A stretch of 64,000 nucleotides of DNA from contig DAOSLF010000005.1 in NCBI GenBank assembly GCA_035368605.1, positions 54,520-118,519 of the forward strand. Reading direction: 5' to 3'. Made by a program: the position numbers and the translations under genes. Shown in pieces: positions 9,105 to 17,401 of the stretch; the first letter of the stretch is position 1, and each line of letters opens with the position of its first letter. The stretch comes from Candidatus Omnitrophota bacterium. GTDB taxonomy: Bacteria > Omnitrophota > Omnitrophia > Omnitrophales > Aquincolibacteriaceae. The notes under the pieces were generated by a model. The model did not search any database, was not told the DNA's origin, and saw only the letters and a list, made by a program, of their open reading frames with translations.

Positions 9105-9980
9105 CTAAAACGTGTGACAGACCGATTTCCGGTAAGGGAGAGGATGCGTCTTCAAACGCCTTGCCAGGACGCCGGCCTCTTTACGGCTCGAAAGAACCGC
9201 AAAGACCGTGGGGCCGCTCCCGCTCATGAGGACACAAAGGGCGCCCGCTGCTTTTAAGGCTTGAATCGCTTTGCGGACCTGCGGGCGAAGACTGAACGCC
9301 GAAGGTTCCAGGTCGTTTCTGACCAAACGTGCCGCTTCCCCGATCCTTTGGTCCCCGAAAAAAGAGTTGAGGATTATAGCAACCCGCTTTTCCTCCGTCA
9401 AGGAAAGGGGCCTTTGGGGCGGCCGGATATTCTGGTACACTTTTTTCGTGTTAAGTCCTTGATCCGTAAGGAGTAAGAGGAACGAGAGCTTCCTTCCGGG
9501 CGGCAAAACCCGCATCTTTTCCCCGATTCCCCATGCCATCGCCTGGGAAGTATCCAGAAGGAAGAACGGGACATCGGCCCCGAGTTTCTTGCCCATTTTG
9601 AGCAATTCCGTCTCCGGGATTCCGAGCCGGAACATTTTCTTCATCCCGAGCAGGAAATGCGCCGCGTTGCTCGATCCGCCCCCGAGACCGGCGCCGGGCG
9701 GAATCTTTTTGTCGAGCCGGACTGAAACACCTCCGAGGTCCGGGAACCTCGCCTGAAGAAGCCGGTAGGCTTTCGTGATCAGATTCCCTTCTCCCGTTTC
9801 GAGGCCCGGCAGGTTCGTCGTCAGGCGAAAATCGCCGCGCGTCTTCCGGATCCGGATCGTGTCGCAAAGAGAGATGCGATGGAAGACCGTCAGGAGGTCG
9901 TGATAGCCGTCGGGACGGCGCCTCAGGATGCGGAGGTGGAGATTGAGTTTGGCGGGACTTTTTAAAACAAGACTTTTCAT
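9105..9980 (-). CDS. ispE: 4-diphosphocytidyl-2-C-methyl-D-erythritol kinase
   Basis: AKLNLHLRILRRRPDGYHDL N-terminus plus the GHMP kinase motif PPGAGLGGGSSNAA. Confidence 0.9.
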   Translation of the reverse strand: MKSLVLKSPAKLNLHLRILRRRPDGYHDLLTVFHRISLCDTIRIRKTRGDFRLTTNLPGLETGEGNLITKAYRLLQARFPDLGGVSVRLDKKIPPGAGLGGGSSNAAHFLLGMKKMFRLGIPETELLKMGKKLGADVPFFLLDTSQAMAWGIGEKMRVLPPGRKLSFLLLLTDQGLNTKKVYQNIRPPQRPLSLTEEKRVAIILNSFFGDQRIGEAARLVRNDLEPSAFSLRPQVRKAIQALKAAGALCVLMSGSGPTVFAVLSSRKEAGVLARRLKTHPLPYRKSVCHTF

Positions 9981-9993
9981 ATCAGCGCGGCGT

Positions 9994-10050
9994 GCGGGGT
10001 ACGGAGTACGGCGTTAAAATCCCGGGTTCGCACCGTACACCGTACCCCGC
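9994..10050. repeat. Family-B GC-rich hairpin repeat, copy R1 (two 20-nt imperfect inverted arms around a 17-nt loop)
   Basis: gcggggtacggagtacggcg ... caccgtacaccgtaccccgc. It shares the GTGCGGGGTAC and GTACGGAGTACG modules with the elements at 11727-11803, 12946-13012 and 23430-23500. Confidence 0.5.
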
Positions 10051-10062
10051 GTCCAGAACTGA

Positions 10063-10161
10063 TTACGACCAGTCCTTCTTTTTGTGCCGGTTCTTGCGGA
10101 GCTTCTTCTTCCGCTTGTGTTTGTTCATCTTCCTCTTGCGCTGTTTACTTGCCCAAGGCAT
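10063..10161 (-). CDS. Small (32-aa) highly basic protein resembling ribosomal protein bS22
   Basis: Unlisted ORF (under 60 aa) encoding MPWASKQRKRKMNKHKRKKKLRKNRHKKKDWS. A GGAG SD lies 7 nt upstream of the ATG. The K/R pattern KxRKRxMxKxKHRKxxLxKxR matches the 30-33-aa bS22 family. It lies in the otherwise empty 265-nt ispE-hisG spacer. Confidence 0.5.
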   Translation of the reverse strand: MPWASKQRKRKMNKHKRKKKLRKNRHKKKDWS

Positions 10162-10245
10162 GACTCACTCCGTTCGTCATCGCCAAGAACCGGAAGCGAA
10201 GAACCGGGAACCTCTCCCGGCCCCGAGCCCCCGGCGCTCGGCCGT

Positions 10246-11124
10246 TCAGGGGATACACTTGTTTAATGGATATTCAATAATGCCGGACGCGCCCGCCTCC
10301 TTGAGCTGCGGGATCAGTTCACGGACCACGGACTCGTCGATGATGGTCTCGACACCGAGCCAGTTCTCATCCGTCAGGTTCGCGATGGTCGGCTTCTTCA
10401 TCGCGGGAAGCACGACGAGGAGCTTCTCGAGGTTCTTCTTCTCGATGTTCATTTTGAGCCCGACCTTTTCCTGGGCCCGCATCGCGCCTTCAAGGAGCAT
10501 CACAAGGTTGTCCATCTTGTGCTTCTTCCACGGGTCCCCGACGCTCTGCCTGTTCGCGATGAATTTCGGGATCGACGTAATCACGGTGTCGATGATCTTG
10601 AGCTTGTTCGCGCGGAGGCTGGATCCCGTTTCGGTCGCTTCCACGATCGCGTCGGCAAGTCGCGGCGGCTTGGCTTCCGTCGCGCCCCACGAGAACTCCA
10701 CTTCGGCGGCGACCTTGTTCTTCTTGAGATAGCGTTTCGTCACCCCGACAAGCTCGGTGACGACCTTCTTGCCCTGGAGGTCCTTCACGCTCCGGAAAGG
10801 CGACGACTCATGCACGCAGAGGACCCAGCGCACCGGATTGGAAGTCCGTTTCGAGTACTGGAGCTCGCAAAGCTCAACGACGTCGGAATCGTTCTCGACA
10901 ATCCAGTCATGGCCCGTCAGGCCACAGTCCACGATCCCCTTCTCGACGTAGCGGGACATTTCCTGCGGGCGGAACAGCACCACCTCGATCTCGGGATCAT
11001 CGATGGAGGGGATATAAGAGCGGGAGCTGACGCTGATCCTGAAACCGGCGCGCCTGAAAAGGTTACAGGTCGCCTCTTCGAGACTGCCCTTCGGCAATGC
11101 GATCTTGAGCTTGTGCGTGGTCAT
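10246..11124 (-). CDS. hisG: ATP phosphoribosyltransferase, long form with C-terminal regulatory domain
   Basis: 292 aa beginning MTTHKLKIALPKGSLEEATCNLFRRAGF. It has the HisG catalytic fold motifs and the long-form C-terminal domain. Confidence 0.9.
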   Translation of the reverse strand: MTTHKLKIALPKGSLEEATCNLFRRAGFRISVSSRSYIPSIDDPEIEVVLFRPQEMSRYVEKGIVDCGLTGHDWIVENDSDVVELCELQYSKRTSNPVRWVLCVHESSPFRSVKDLQGKKVVTELVGVTKRYLKKNKVAAEVEFSWGATEAKPPRLADAIVEATETGSSLRANKLKIIDTVITSIPKFIANRQSVGDPWKKHKMDNLVMLLEGAMRAQEKVGLKMNIEKKNLEKLLVVLPAMKKPTIANLTDENWLGVETIIDESVVRELIPQLKEAGASGIIEYPLNKCIP

Positions 11125-11197
11125 AAGTGGCGAATTCTAGCGGTTTGAGGTCAGGGTGTCAACTGAGGGTCACCTTGCGCCTTCCCCTTTCCACCGA

Positions 11198-11218
11198 ATC
11201 CAACCTCGTAGGTTGGAT
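11198..11218. repeat. Family-A 21-bp perfect palindrome ATCCAACCTCGTAGGTTGGAT (copy 1, intergenic hisG/mgtC)
   Basis: Exact palindrome with the conserved flanks ccgAATCCAACC...GGTTGGATcggtt. The same element occurs at 16698-16740 (two copies), 26725-26745 and 35206-35226. Confidence 0.8.
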
Positions 11219-11235
11219 CGGTTCATGGGGGATGG

Positions 11236-11712
11236 TCAGGGACGCTCTTCCCTCTTCGGCGGCAGGACCTTTTCCTGCACCTTGGAAAAAATGACGAACA
11301 CGATCAGGACCAGCACCGTCGTAAAAATCGCCGGGCGGAACAGGCCGAGGCCGCAGGCAAGCCCGACGCCGCACATGGCCCATATCCCCGCCGCGGTCGT
11401 CAGCCCCCTCACAGCGCCCTGCGAGGAACGGATGATCGCGCCCGCCCCGAGGAACCCGATCCCGGTCACAACCTGCGCCGCGATGCGCGCGGGATCCACG
11501 ACCGTGATACCCCTGTACGTCTCAAAAATATTGATCGAGACGATCATCATGAGCGCGGAGCCGATACAGACGAGCGTGTAGGTCTTGAACCCCGCCTCTT
11601 TCATGCTGAGCTCGCGCTCAAGCCCGATCGCGGCGCCAAGCCCGGCGGCCATGAGAAGGCGGTAAATCGTTTCAACGTCCTGAGGGGTCAAAAAAGAAAG
11701 CCATGGACACAT
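11236..11712 (-). CDS. MgtC/SapB family membrane protein
   Basis: 158 aa with the MgtC N-domain pattern GLGAAIGLERE...DPARIAAQVVTGIGFLGAGAIIR...GLTTAAGIW. Confidence 0.8.
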   Translation of the reverse strand: MCPWLSFLTPQDVETIYRLLMAAGLGAAIGLERELSMKEAGFKTYTLVCIGSALMMIVSINIFETYRGITVVDPARIAAQVVTGIGFLGAGAIIRSSQGAVRGLTTAAGIWAMCGVGLACGLGLFRPAIFTTVLVLIVFVIFSKVQEKVLPPKREERP

Positions 11713-11726
11713 GTGAACCTCCCGAT

Positions 11727-11803
11727 TCAGTACGGAGTACGAAGTTTCGGGTGCGGAGATATGATAGCCGACCTTCCGCTCCGCACGTCGCCCCCCGTAC
11801 CCG
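11727..11803. repeat. Family-B hairpin repeat, copy R2 (intergenic mgtC/tsaD)
   Basis: cagtacggagtacgaagtttcgggtgcggag ... ctccgcacgtcgccccccgtaccc, with internal complementarity gtgcggag/ctccgcac. Confidence 0.45.
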
Positions 11804-11885
11804 TTAACGTATTTGCAACTCCGGCTCGCCGGTCATTGAAAAACGGCATCTGGTGTTTGGTGAGACCGGCCGTCCGGTACCATTA

Positions 11886-13028
11886 CTAACGGCCACCCGC
11901 GGCCATAGCTAAAGACGGCTCTCCCGTCATCCTGAAAGACGATCGGCGGCCTTGCTGAAAAAGCCCGAATCCGCGCCGGGCAATCATGGCACCGTTATCG
12001 GTCGAAAGCGGGAACGGCGGAAACCAGACCTCGACTCCCTTGGCCCTCGCCTCCCGGGTCAGTTTATTCCGGAGATGCGAGTTCGCGCTCACCCCTCCGC
12101 CGACCACGATATCCGATACACCCTTGAACCCGGCCGCGTCGAGTGTTTTTGTGACCAGCCAATCAATGACCGCGCGCTGGAAACTCGCGGCAATGTCCGC
12201 GCTCGACGGCGCGTCCGGCTTCGGCTGTCCCGTCTTCGGGTCTTTCACGAGGTAAAGCACCGCGGTTTTGATGCCCGAAAAACTAAAATCAAAGCGATGG
12301 GTATCATGAGCCTCCCGGTTCCCCCCCTCGAAAGAAGGGGAAGACTTCCCGGAAAATCGCCCCAACCTGGGGCACGTGAATTGAACCGCGCGCGGGTTCC
12401 CCTCCCGGGCGAGCCTGTCGATCACGGGACCGCCGGGGTAACCGAGATCGAGGATCTTCGCGACCTTGTCGTAGGCTTCGCCGACCGCGTCGTCGATCGT
12501 TTCGCCGAGGACGCGTATCTTCCCTTTTTCGCAATAAGTGATCGTCGTGTGCCCGCCGGAGACGAGGAGTCCGATGAACTTTTCAGGCGCGGGCCGGTCG
12601 AAAAAATTCGCGGCGAGGTGCGCCTCCATATGATTGACGCCGACAAGCGGGATGCCGAGCTCATAGGCGAGCGCCTTCGCGAAGGAGACGCCGACGAAAA
12701 GCGAGCCGATCAGTCCCGGCCCCTGCGTCACCGCGATCAGATCGAGGTCCGGGGCCCGGATTTTCGCCTCCGCGAGCGCCTCGTCAAAAACGCAGCGGAT
12801 CTGTTCCATCGAATGCCGCGACGCGATCTCGGGCACGACGCCGCCGAATTTCCTGTGCCGGAAGAGACTCGAGGAAACAACATTGGAGAGGATCTTCGCA
12901 CCGTTTTCGATGACGGCGCAGGACGTTTCGTCGCAGGAGGTTTCGATACCGAGTACGTAGAACGGGGCACGGAGTCCGCGGCCGGCCGCTCCGCCCTTAC
13001 GCCGTACTAGTTTTTTAGCTTGCGACAT
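11886..13028 (-). CDS. tsaD: tRNA N6-threonylcarbamoyladenosine synthase TsaD (Kae1/Gcp). Start at MSQAKK; the listed ORF 11886..13349 is an Arg-rich 5' extension.
   Basis: Core VLGIETSCDETSCAVI..., the HMEAH metal site and a GGVSAN-type C-domain. The only canonical start upstream of the GIETSCDE motif is the ATG at 13026-13028. It overlaps the gatB 3' end by 22 nt, and its first 24 codons are encoded by a family-B repeat. Confidence 0.85.
   Translation of the reverse strand: MSQAKKLVRRKGGAAGRGLRAPFYVLGIETSCDETSCAVIENGAKILSNVVSSSLFRHRKFGGVVPEIASRHSMEQIRCVFDEALAEAKIRAPDLDLIAVTQGPGLIGSLFVGVSFAKALAYELGIPLVGVNHMEAHLAANFFDRPAPEKFIGLLVSGGHTTITYCEKGKIRVLGETIDDAVGEAYDKVAKILDLGYPGGPVIDRLAREGNPRAVQFTCPRLGRFSGKSSPSFEGGNREAHDTHRFDFSFSGIKTAVLYLVKDPKTGQPKPDAPSSADIAASFQRAVIDWLVTKTLDAAGFKGVSDIVVGGGVSANSHLRNKLTREARAKGVEVWFPPFPLSTDNGAMIARRGFGLFQQGRRSSFRMTGEPSLAMAAGGR
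12946..13012. repeat. Family-B repeat, copy R3; its minus-strand reading starts CTAGTACGGCGTAAGGGCGGAG
   Basis: It is highly similar to the minus-strand reading of R4 (CTAGTACGAGGTACGGGGTGCGGAG). The TAG within CTAG is the gatB stop codon, and the element is translated as the TsaD N-terminal extension. Confidence 0.5.
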
Positions 13029-14503
13029 AAGATCTCGTTGACGACCTTCGGATTCGCCTTGCCTCCCGTCTCTTTCATGACGAAGCCCACGATCGCACCG
13101 ACGGCCTTCTGCTTCCCGGCCTTGAACTCGGCGACGGCGTTCGGATTCGCGGCGATCGCTTTCTCGACGGCCTCTTCGATCAGCCCCGCGTCGGAGACCT
13201 GGACGAGGCCCTTTTCTTTCACGAGCGTTTCCGCGTCCTTGCCGGTCTCGAACATCATCCCGAGCACGTCCTTCGCGATCTTCCCGGAGATGGTCCCGCC
13301 CTCGATCAGATTCAGAAGACCCGCGAACGCTTTCGGCGCCACCGGACAATTTTCGACCGTAAGACCTTTCGCGTTCAGGAGGGCGAGGAGTTCCGTCAGA
13401 ATCCAGTTACTCGCCCGTTTCGCGGAAAAGGGGTCAGACACCTTTTCCCTGTCTTCCGAAAAAGGTGTCTGACCCCTTTCGCGGCCCTTGAGACATTCTT
13501 CGAAATAGTCCGCGACCTTCTTGTCCTCGACGAGCGTGCAGGCGTCGTATTCGGGAAGACCGTGGTCCCTCATGAACCGCTTCGCGCGCTCAAGCGGTAA
13601 TTCGGGCAGTGTCTTCCGGATCGCTTCGACCGTTTCGCGCGTCAGCGTGAAAGGCACGAGGTCCGGGTCGGGGAAATAGCGGTAGTCATGCGCGTCCTCT
13701 TTCGAACGCATGGAAAAGGTCATACCTTTCGCGTCGTTCCAAAGCCGCGTCTCCTGGACGATCGTTTCGCCGTCCGTGATCGCTTCGATCTGCCGTGCGA
13801 TCTCGCACTGGATCGCGCGCTGGACCATCTTGAACGAGTTCAGGTTCTTGATCTCGACCTTCGTCCCGAACTTTTCCTGACCGACGGGACGGACCGACAC
13901 GTTCGCGTCGCAGCGGAGGCTTCCTTTTTCCATGTCGCAGTCGCTCACTTCCGCGTACCGGAGAATGGCCTTGAGCGCGGTCAGGTAATCGTAGGCCTCC
14001 TGCGGCGAACGGATATCGGGTTCGGAAACGATCTCAAGAAGCGGCACGCCGCCCCGGTTGTAATCGACAAGGCTCCCGTCCACGATGCCTTCGTGGAGAA
14101 GTTTGCCCGCGTCCTCTTCGAGGTGCGCGCGCGTAATCCCGATTTTCTTTTCGACTGTTTTTCCGTCCGGAGTTTTCGTTTCGATCAGGACTTCGCCGCG
14201 GCCGTTCACGGGCATATCGTATTGCGATATCTGATACGCCTTCGGAAGATCGGGATAAAAGTAGTTCTTGCGGTCAAACTTGAGCCGCTCCGCGACCTTG
14301 CAGTTCAGCGCGAGCCCCGCCTTGATGCCAAGCCTCAGCGCCTCTTCATTCACCACCGGCAGGGACCCCGGCCAGCCGAGACACACCGGGCACGTGTTCC
14401 GGTTCCCCTCTTCCCCGAACGTCGTCGGGCAAGGGCAGAACAACTTGCTCTTTGTCTTCAGCTGCACGTGGACTTCCAATCCGATTACGGGTTCGTAGTT
14501 CAT
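13007..14503 (-). CDS. gatB: Asp/Glu-tRNA(Asn/Gln) amidotransferase subunit B
   Basis: 498 aa beginning MNYEPVIGLEVHVQLKTKSKLFCPCPT... with C-terminal YqeY-like domain motifs. A GGGAG SD is embedded in the last codons of the upstream GIY-YIG ORF. Confidence 0.95.
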   Translation of the reverse strand: MNYEPVIGLEVHVQLKTKSKLFCPCPTTFGEEGNRNTCPVCLGWPGSLPVVNEEALRLGIKAGLALNCKVAERLKFDRKNYFYPDLPKAYQISQYDMPVNGRGEVLIETKTPDGKTVEKKIGITRAHLEEDAGKLLHEGIVDGSLVDYNRGGVPLLEIVSEPDIRSPQEAYDYLTALKAILRYAEVSDCDMEKGSLRCDANVSVRPVGQEKFGTKVEIKNLNSFKMVQRAIQCEIARQIEAITDGETIVQETRLWNDAKGMTFSMRSKEDAHDYRYFPDPDLVPFTLTRETVEAIRKTLPELPLERAKRFMRDHGLPEYDACTLVEDKKVADYFEECLKGRERGQTPFSEDREKVSDPFSAKRASNWILTELLALLNAKGLTVENCPVAPKAFAGLLNLIEGGTISGKIAKDVLGMMFETGKDAETLVKEKGLVQVSDAGLIEEAVEKAIAANPNAVAEFKAGKQKAVGAIVGFVMKETGGKANPKVVNEILCRKLKN

Positions 14504-14506
14504 TTT

Positions 14507-15121
14507 CTATTCTCCCGCTTCAAACCTTCTCCTGCGTTCTTCAAGCGTTTCGCCCTCGTACATCCAATAAATCGGCCCCTGCACTGAGTACTCTCTTCCA
14601 AGGGCTTTTTGGGCTGCGTTTGAAAGGCTTGTAACTTCTCCATTATATTCAACAGACCGGTTATCAATGACTTTCGCTTTTATGTTTTCATCATTAATGA
14701 AGAAAAGCTCCGCCCCCGGCGGGATATCAACCATTTTAAAATTGAAGATAGCACGCTTTGCGCGAGCCTGATTTAAGGCCTGCCGATCTTCTTCCGTTTC
14801 AACATAATCTTTTTTAGGCGTAACATTCTCAACTTCGGCAAGCCGCAGTGCCGCAAGAGCTCGCTCCGGAGCAATCTCAAAAAATTCTCTGCTGAAACGG
14901 ACGCGCCGATCCGAGAATGCATCATGCAACTGCTTTTCAACAAAATTTGCATTTTTGACGGTGCAAGCATAAAAGCATTCGAACGGAAGCGGCATATTTG
15001 TTGTGTCCAGATCGCGAATGCGCTTTTCGAGATTGGTCGTCCGCCCAATTTTTACATACCCGGGCATGGCTTCATTAATGAGAATATAGACTATTTCATC
15101 CATAAAACTCTTTTCCCTCAA
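14507..15121 (-). CDS. GIY-YIG-superfamily protein (T5orf172/MUG113-like N-domain plus DUF4357-like C-domain), AT-rich and inserted between gatA and gatB
   Basis: 204 aa. The N-domain IVYILINEAMPGYVKIGRTTNLEKRIRDL...EKQLHDAFSDRRVRFSREFFEI matches T5orf172. The C-terminal YWMYEGETLEERRRR matches the DUF4357 pattern. The coding sequence is visibly AT-rich compared with its flanks. Its stop TAG lies 4 nt before the gatB ATG. Confidence 0.7.
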   Translation of the reverse strand: MREKSFMDEIVYILINEAMPGYVKIGRTTNLEKRIRDLDTTNMPLPFECFYACTVKNANFVEKQLHDAFSDRRVRFSREFFEIAPERALAALRLAEVENVTPKKDYVETEEDRQALNQARAKRAIFNFKMVDIPPGAELFFINDENIKAKVIDNRSVEYNGEVTSLSNAAQKALGREYSVQGPIYWMYEGETLEERRRRFEAGE

Positions 15122-15438
15122 GCGCTATTTTTAAACCGTTTGTCGTCAAACAAAAGACATCCGCGCCCAAACAATACCGATTTGCTTTCCCGTCTGTTTG
15201 AAAACCTTTTGAACAGACGCCGGATAATCCGCGGATTCGCCGGGATGTGCGCCCATCATAACCGGTATCCCGGCCTTTGACGGTAATCCCCTCCTGACAC
15301 AAAATTCACTGCCGTTCGTCCGGTTTTCCGGCGGGCCGGGGAATTCCGTCCCGGTCCAATTTGCCCGCATGCGGTTAAATTCACTTCCGGGCCGGGCTTC
15401 CGCCACCGTTTCAATCTGCGCGGCTGAAACGGTTCCTG

Positions 15439-16881
15439 CTAGTCCAGCTTCGGCTTTCTTTTATAGACCCTGGCTTCCTGCTCAAACGCGTAGGCGGCGC
15501 GGAACATCGTCGCCTCGTCAAAGGGCCGGGCCATGAGCTGCATGCCGATGGGCAGGCCGCCCGAGGTAAATCCGCACGGCACCGACATCGCCGGAATGCC
15601 CGCGATGTTCGCCGGGACCGTGAAGATATCGGACAGGTACATCGCGATCGGATCCGCCGCCTTTTCGCCGAGCTTGAAGGCCGGCGTCGGCGAGGTCGGC
15701 GACAAGATAACATCGACTTCCCTGAAGGCCTTCTCAAAATCCCGGCGGATCAGCGTCCGGACCTTCTGCCCTTTCAAGTAGTAAGCCTCGTAGTAGCCGG
15801 CCGAGAGCACGAACGTCCCGAGAAGGATGCGCCGCTTGGTCTCCTGGCCGAAGCCCTGGTTACGGGTTTCAAAATACATTTCGCGAAGGTCCTTTGACGG
15901 AACGCGCAGGCCGTACTCCACGCCGTCGAACCGGCTGAGGTTCGAGCTCGCCTCCGCGACGGCGACGATACAGTAGACCGCGACGGAATATTCCGTGTGC
16001 GGAAGGCTGACCGGCTTGAGTTCGGCACCGAGCTTCCTGTAGAGGTCCGCCGCGGCGCGGACGCTTTTTTCGACTTCCGGGTCGATGCCTTCGATGAAAT
16101 ATTCCTTCGGGAGGCCGATCTTCAGGCCTTTCACGTCACGCTTGAGCGATTGCGTGAAATCCGGCACGGGCCGGGGCGCGGACGTGGAATCTTTCGGGTC
16201 GTGACCGGCGAGGATGTTCATGAGGATCGCGGCGTCCTCGACCGTCTTCGTGACGGGACCGATCTGGTCAAAGCTCGAACCGAACGCGATGAGCCCGTAG
16301 CGCGAGACGCGGCCGTAGGTCGGCTTCACGCCCACCACGCCGCAGAGCGCCGCGGGCTGGCGGATTGAACCGCCGGTGTCGGAACCGAGCGCCGCAAGCG
16401 TCATGTCCGCCGCGACCGAGGCCGCCGAGCCGCCGCTCGAGCCGCCCGGCACGCGCGTGAGGTCCCAGGGATTTTTGCACGGGCCGAACGCGGAAGTCTC
16501 ACAGGATGAACCGAACGCGAACTCGTCCATATTACACCGGCCAAAGAGCGTCGCGTCCGCCGCCTTCAGCTTCGCGATCACGGTCGCGTCGTAGGGCGGC
16601 ACGTGCTTCTCGAGAATCCGCGATGCGCAGGTCACTTCCCGGCCTTCGATGCAGATATTGTCCTTGCTGGAGACCGGAGCGCCGTACAGTGAACCGCTCC
16701 AACCTCGCAGGTTGGATTTATCCAACCTGCGAGGTTGGATATGGTTGTCAAAATCCAGGAAAGCGTTGATCCCGGGATTCAGTTCAGCGGCGCGTTTCGT
16801 GAACGCGTCGAGCAGAGGCTGGGCGCCCTCTTTTTTCGCGAACTCGATCCCTTCTTTGAGAGTAAACCTGATCAGATCCAT
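15439..16881 (-). CDS. gatA: Glu-tRNA(Gln) amidotransferase subunit A
   Basis: 480 aa with the amidase signature GGSSGGSAASVAA and the SKDNICIEG...TTCASRILE motifs. Residues about 46-62 (NHIQPRRLDKSNLRGWSG) are encoded by two tandem family-A palindromes. Confidence 0.95.
   Translation of the reverse strand: MDLIRFTLKEGIEFAKKEGAQPLLDAFTKRAAELNPGINAFLDFDNHIQPRRLDKSNLRGWSGSLYGAPVSSKDNICIEGREVTCASRILEKHVPPYDATVIAKLKAADATLFGRCNMDEFAFGSSCETSAFGPCKNPWDLTRVPGGSSGGSAASVAADMTLAALGSDTGGSIRQPAALCGVVGVKPTYGRVSRYGLIAFGSSFDQIGPVTKTVEDAAILMNILAGHDPKDSTSAPRPVPDFTQSLKRDVKGLKIGLPKEYFIEGIDPEVEKSVRAAADLYRKLGAELKPVSLPHTEYSVAVYCIVAVAEASSNLSRFDGVEYGLRVPSKDLREMYFETRNQGFGQETKRRILLGTFVLSAGYYEAYYLKGQKVRTLIRRDFEKAFREVDVILSPTSPTPAFKLGEKAADPIAMYLSDIFTVPANIAGIPAMSVPCGFTSGGLPIGMQLMARPFDEATMFRAAYAFEQEARVYKRKPKLD
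16698..16740. repeat. Two tandem family-A palindromes (TCCAACCTCGCAGGTTGGAT tt ATCCAACCTGCGAGGTTGGAT) inside the gatA coding sequence, in frame
   Basis: Seen directly in the sequence. The second copy has its central CGC flipped to GCG. Both copies are translated as part of GatA. Confidence 0.8.
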
Positions 16882-16938
16882 TTCGGCTCATGATAACCCG
16901 CACCGGATAAATCCGGCCTCGCGGGTCGGTTACGGTTA

Positions 16939-17223
16939 TTAATCGCGTTGCACTATTTTCGGGACTTTGAAGAAACGGCCGTCGGCGCACGGAGCATGTT
17001 CAAGGGCCTTCGTGGCCGCGTCCGTGGACCGCGCCTCGTCCTTCCGGCAAACGTTTTCGAGATCAAGGACATGGCTCGTCGGCTCGACGTTTTCCGTGTC
17101 GAGTTTTTCGAGGTTCTTCACATAGTCGAGGATCGCCCCGAGGTCTCTTTCGAGCCTGGCCTTCTCTTCGGCCTTCAGATTGAGCCGCGCAAGCTGCGCG
17201 ACCTCGTCGATATTGAATTCCAT
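16939..17223 (-). CDS. gatC: Asp/Glu-tRNA amidotransferase subunit C
   Basis: 94 aa beginning MEFNIDEVAQLARLNLKAEEKARLERDLGAILDYV; it is the first gene of a gatCAB cluster. Confidence 0.85.
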   Translation of the reverse strand: MEFNIDEVAQLARLNLKAEEKARLERDLGAILDYVKNLEKLDTENVEPTSHVLDLENVCRKDEARSTDAATKALEHAPCADGRFFKVPKIVQRD

Positions 17224-17401
17224 AAGTTTACCCCGTTAGAGATGGGCCTCGCCCGGAGAGCGCGACCGTGTGCCTTCCCGGTTATCATTACATTCCCGAT
17301 CACCCCGCCTGACCAATCCCGCAAGGAATCACTACGCGATGATCTCTGACGGGGCGGGACATTCTGCCCGAAGGGACGTGGCGTGTCAACGAAGCGGAGG
17401 G

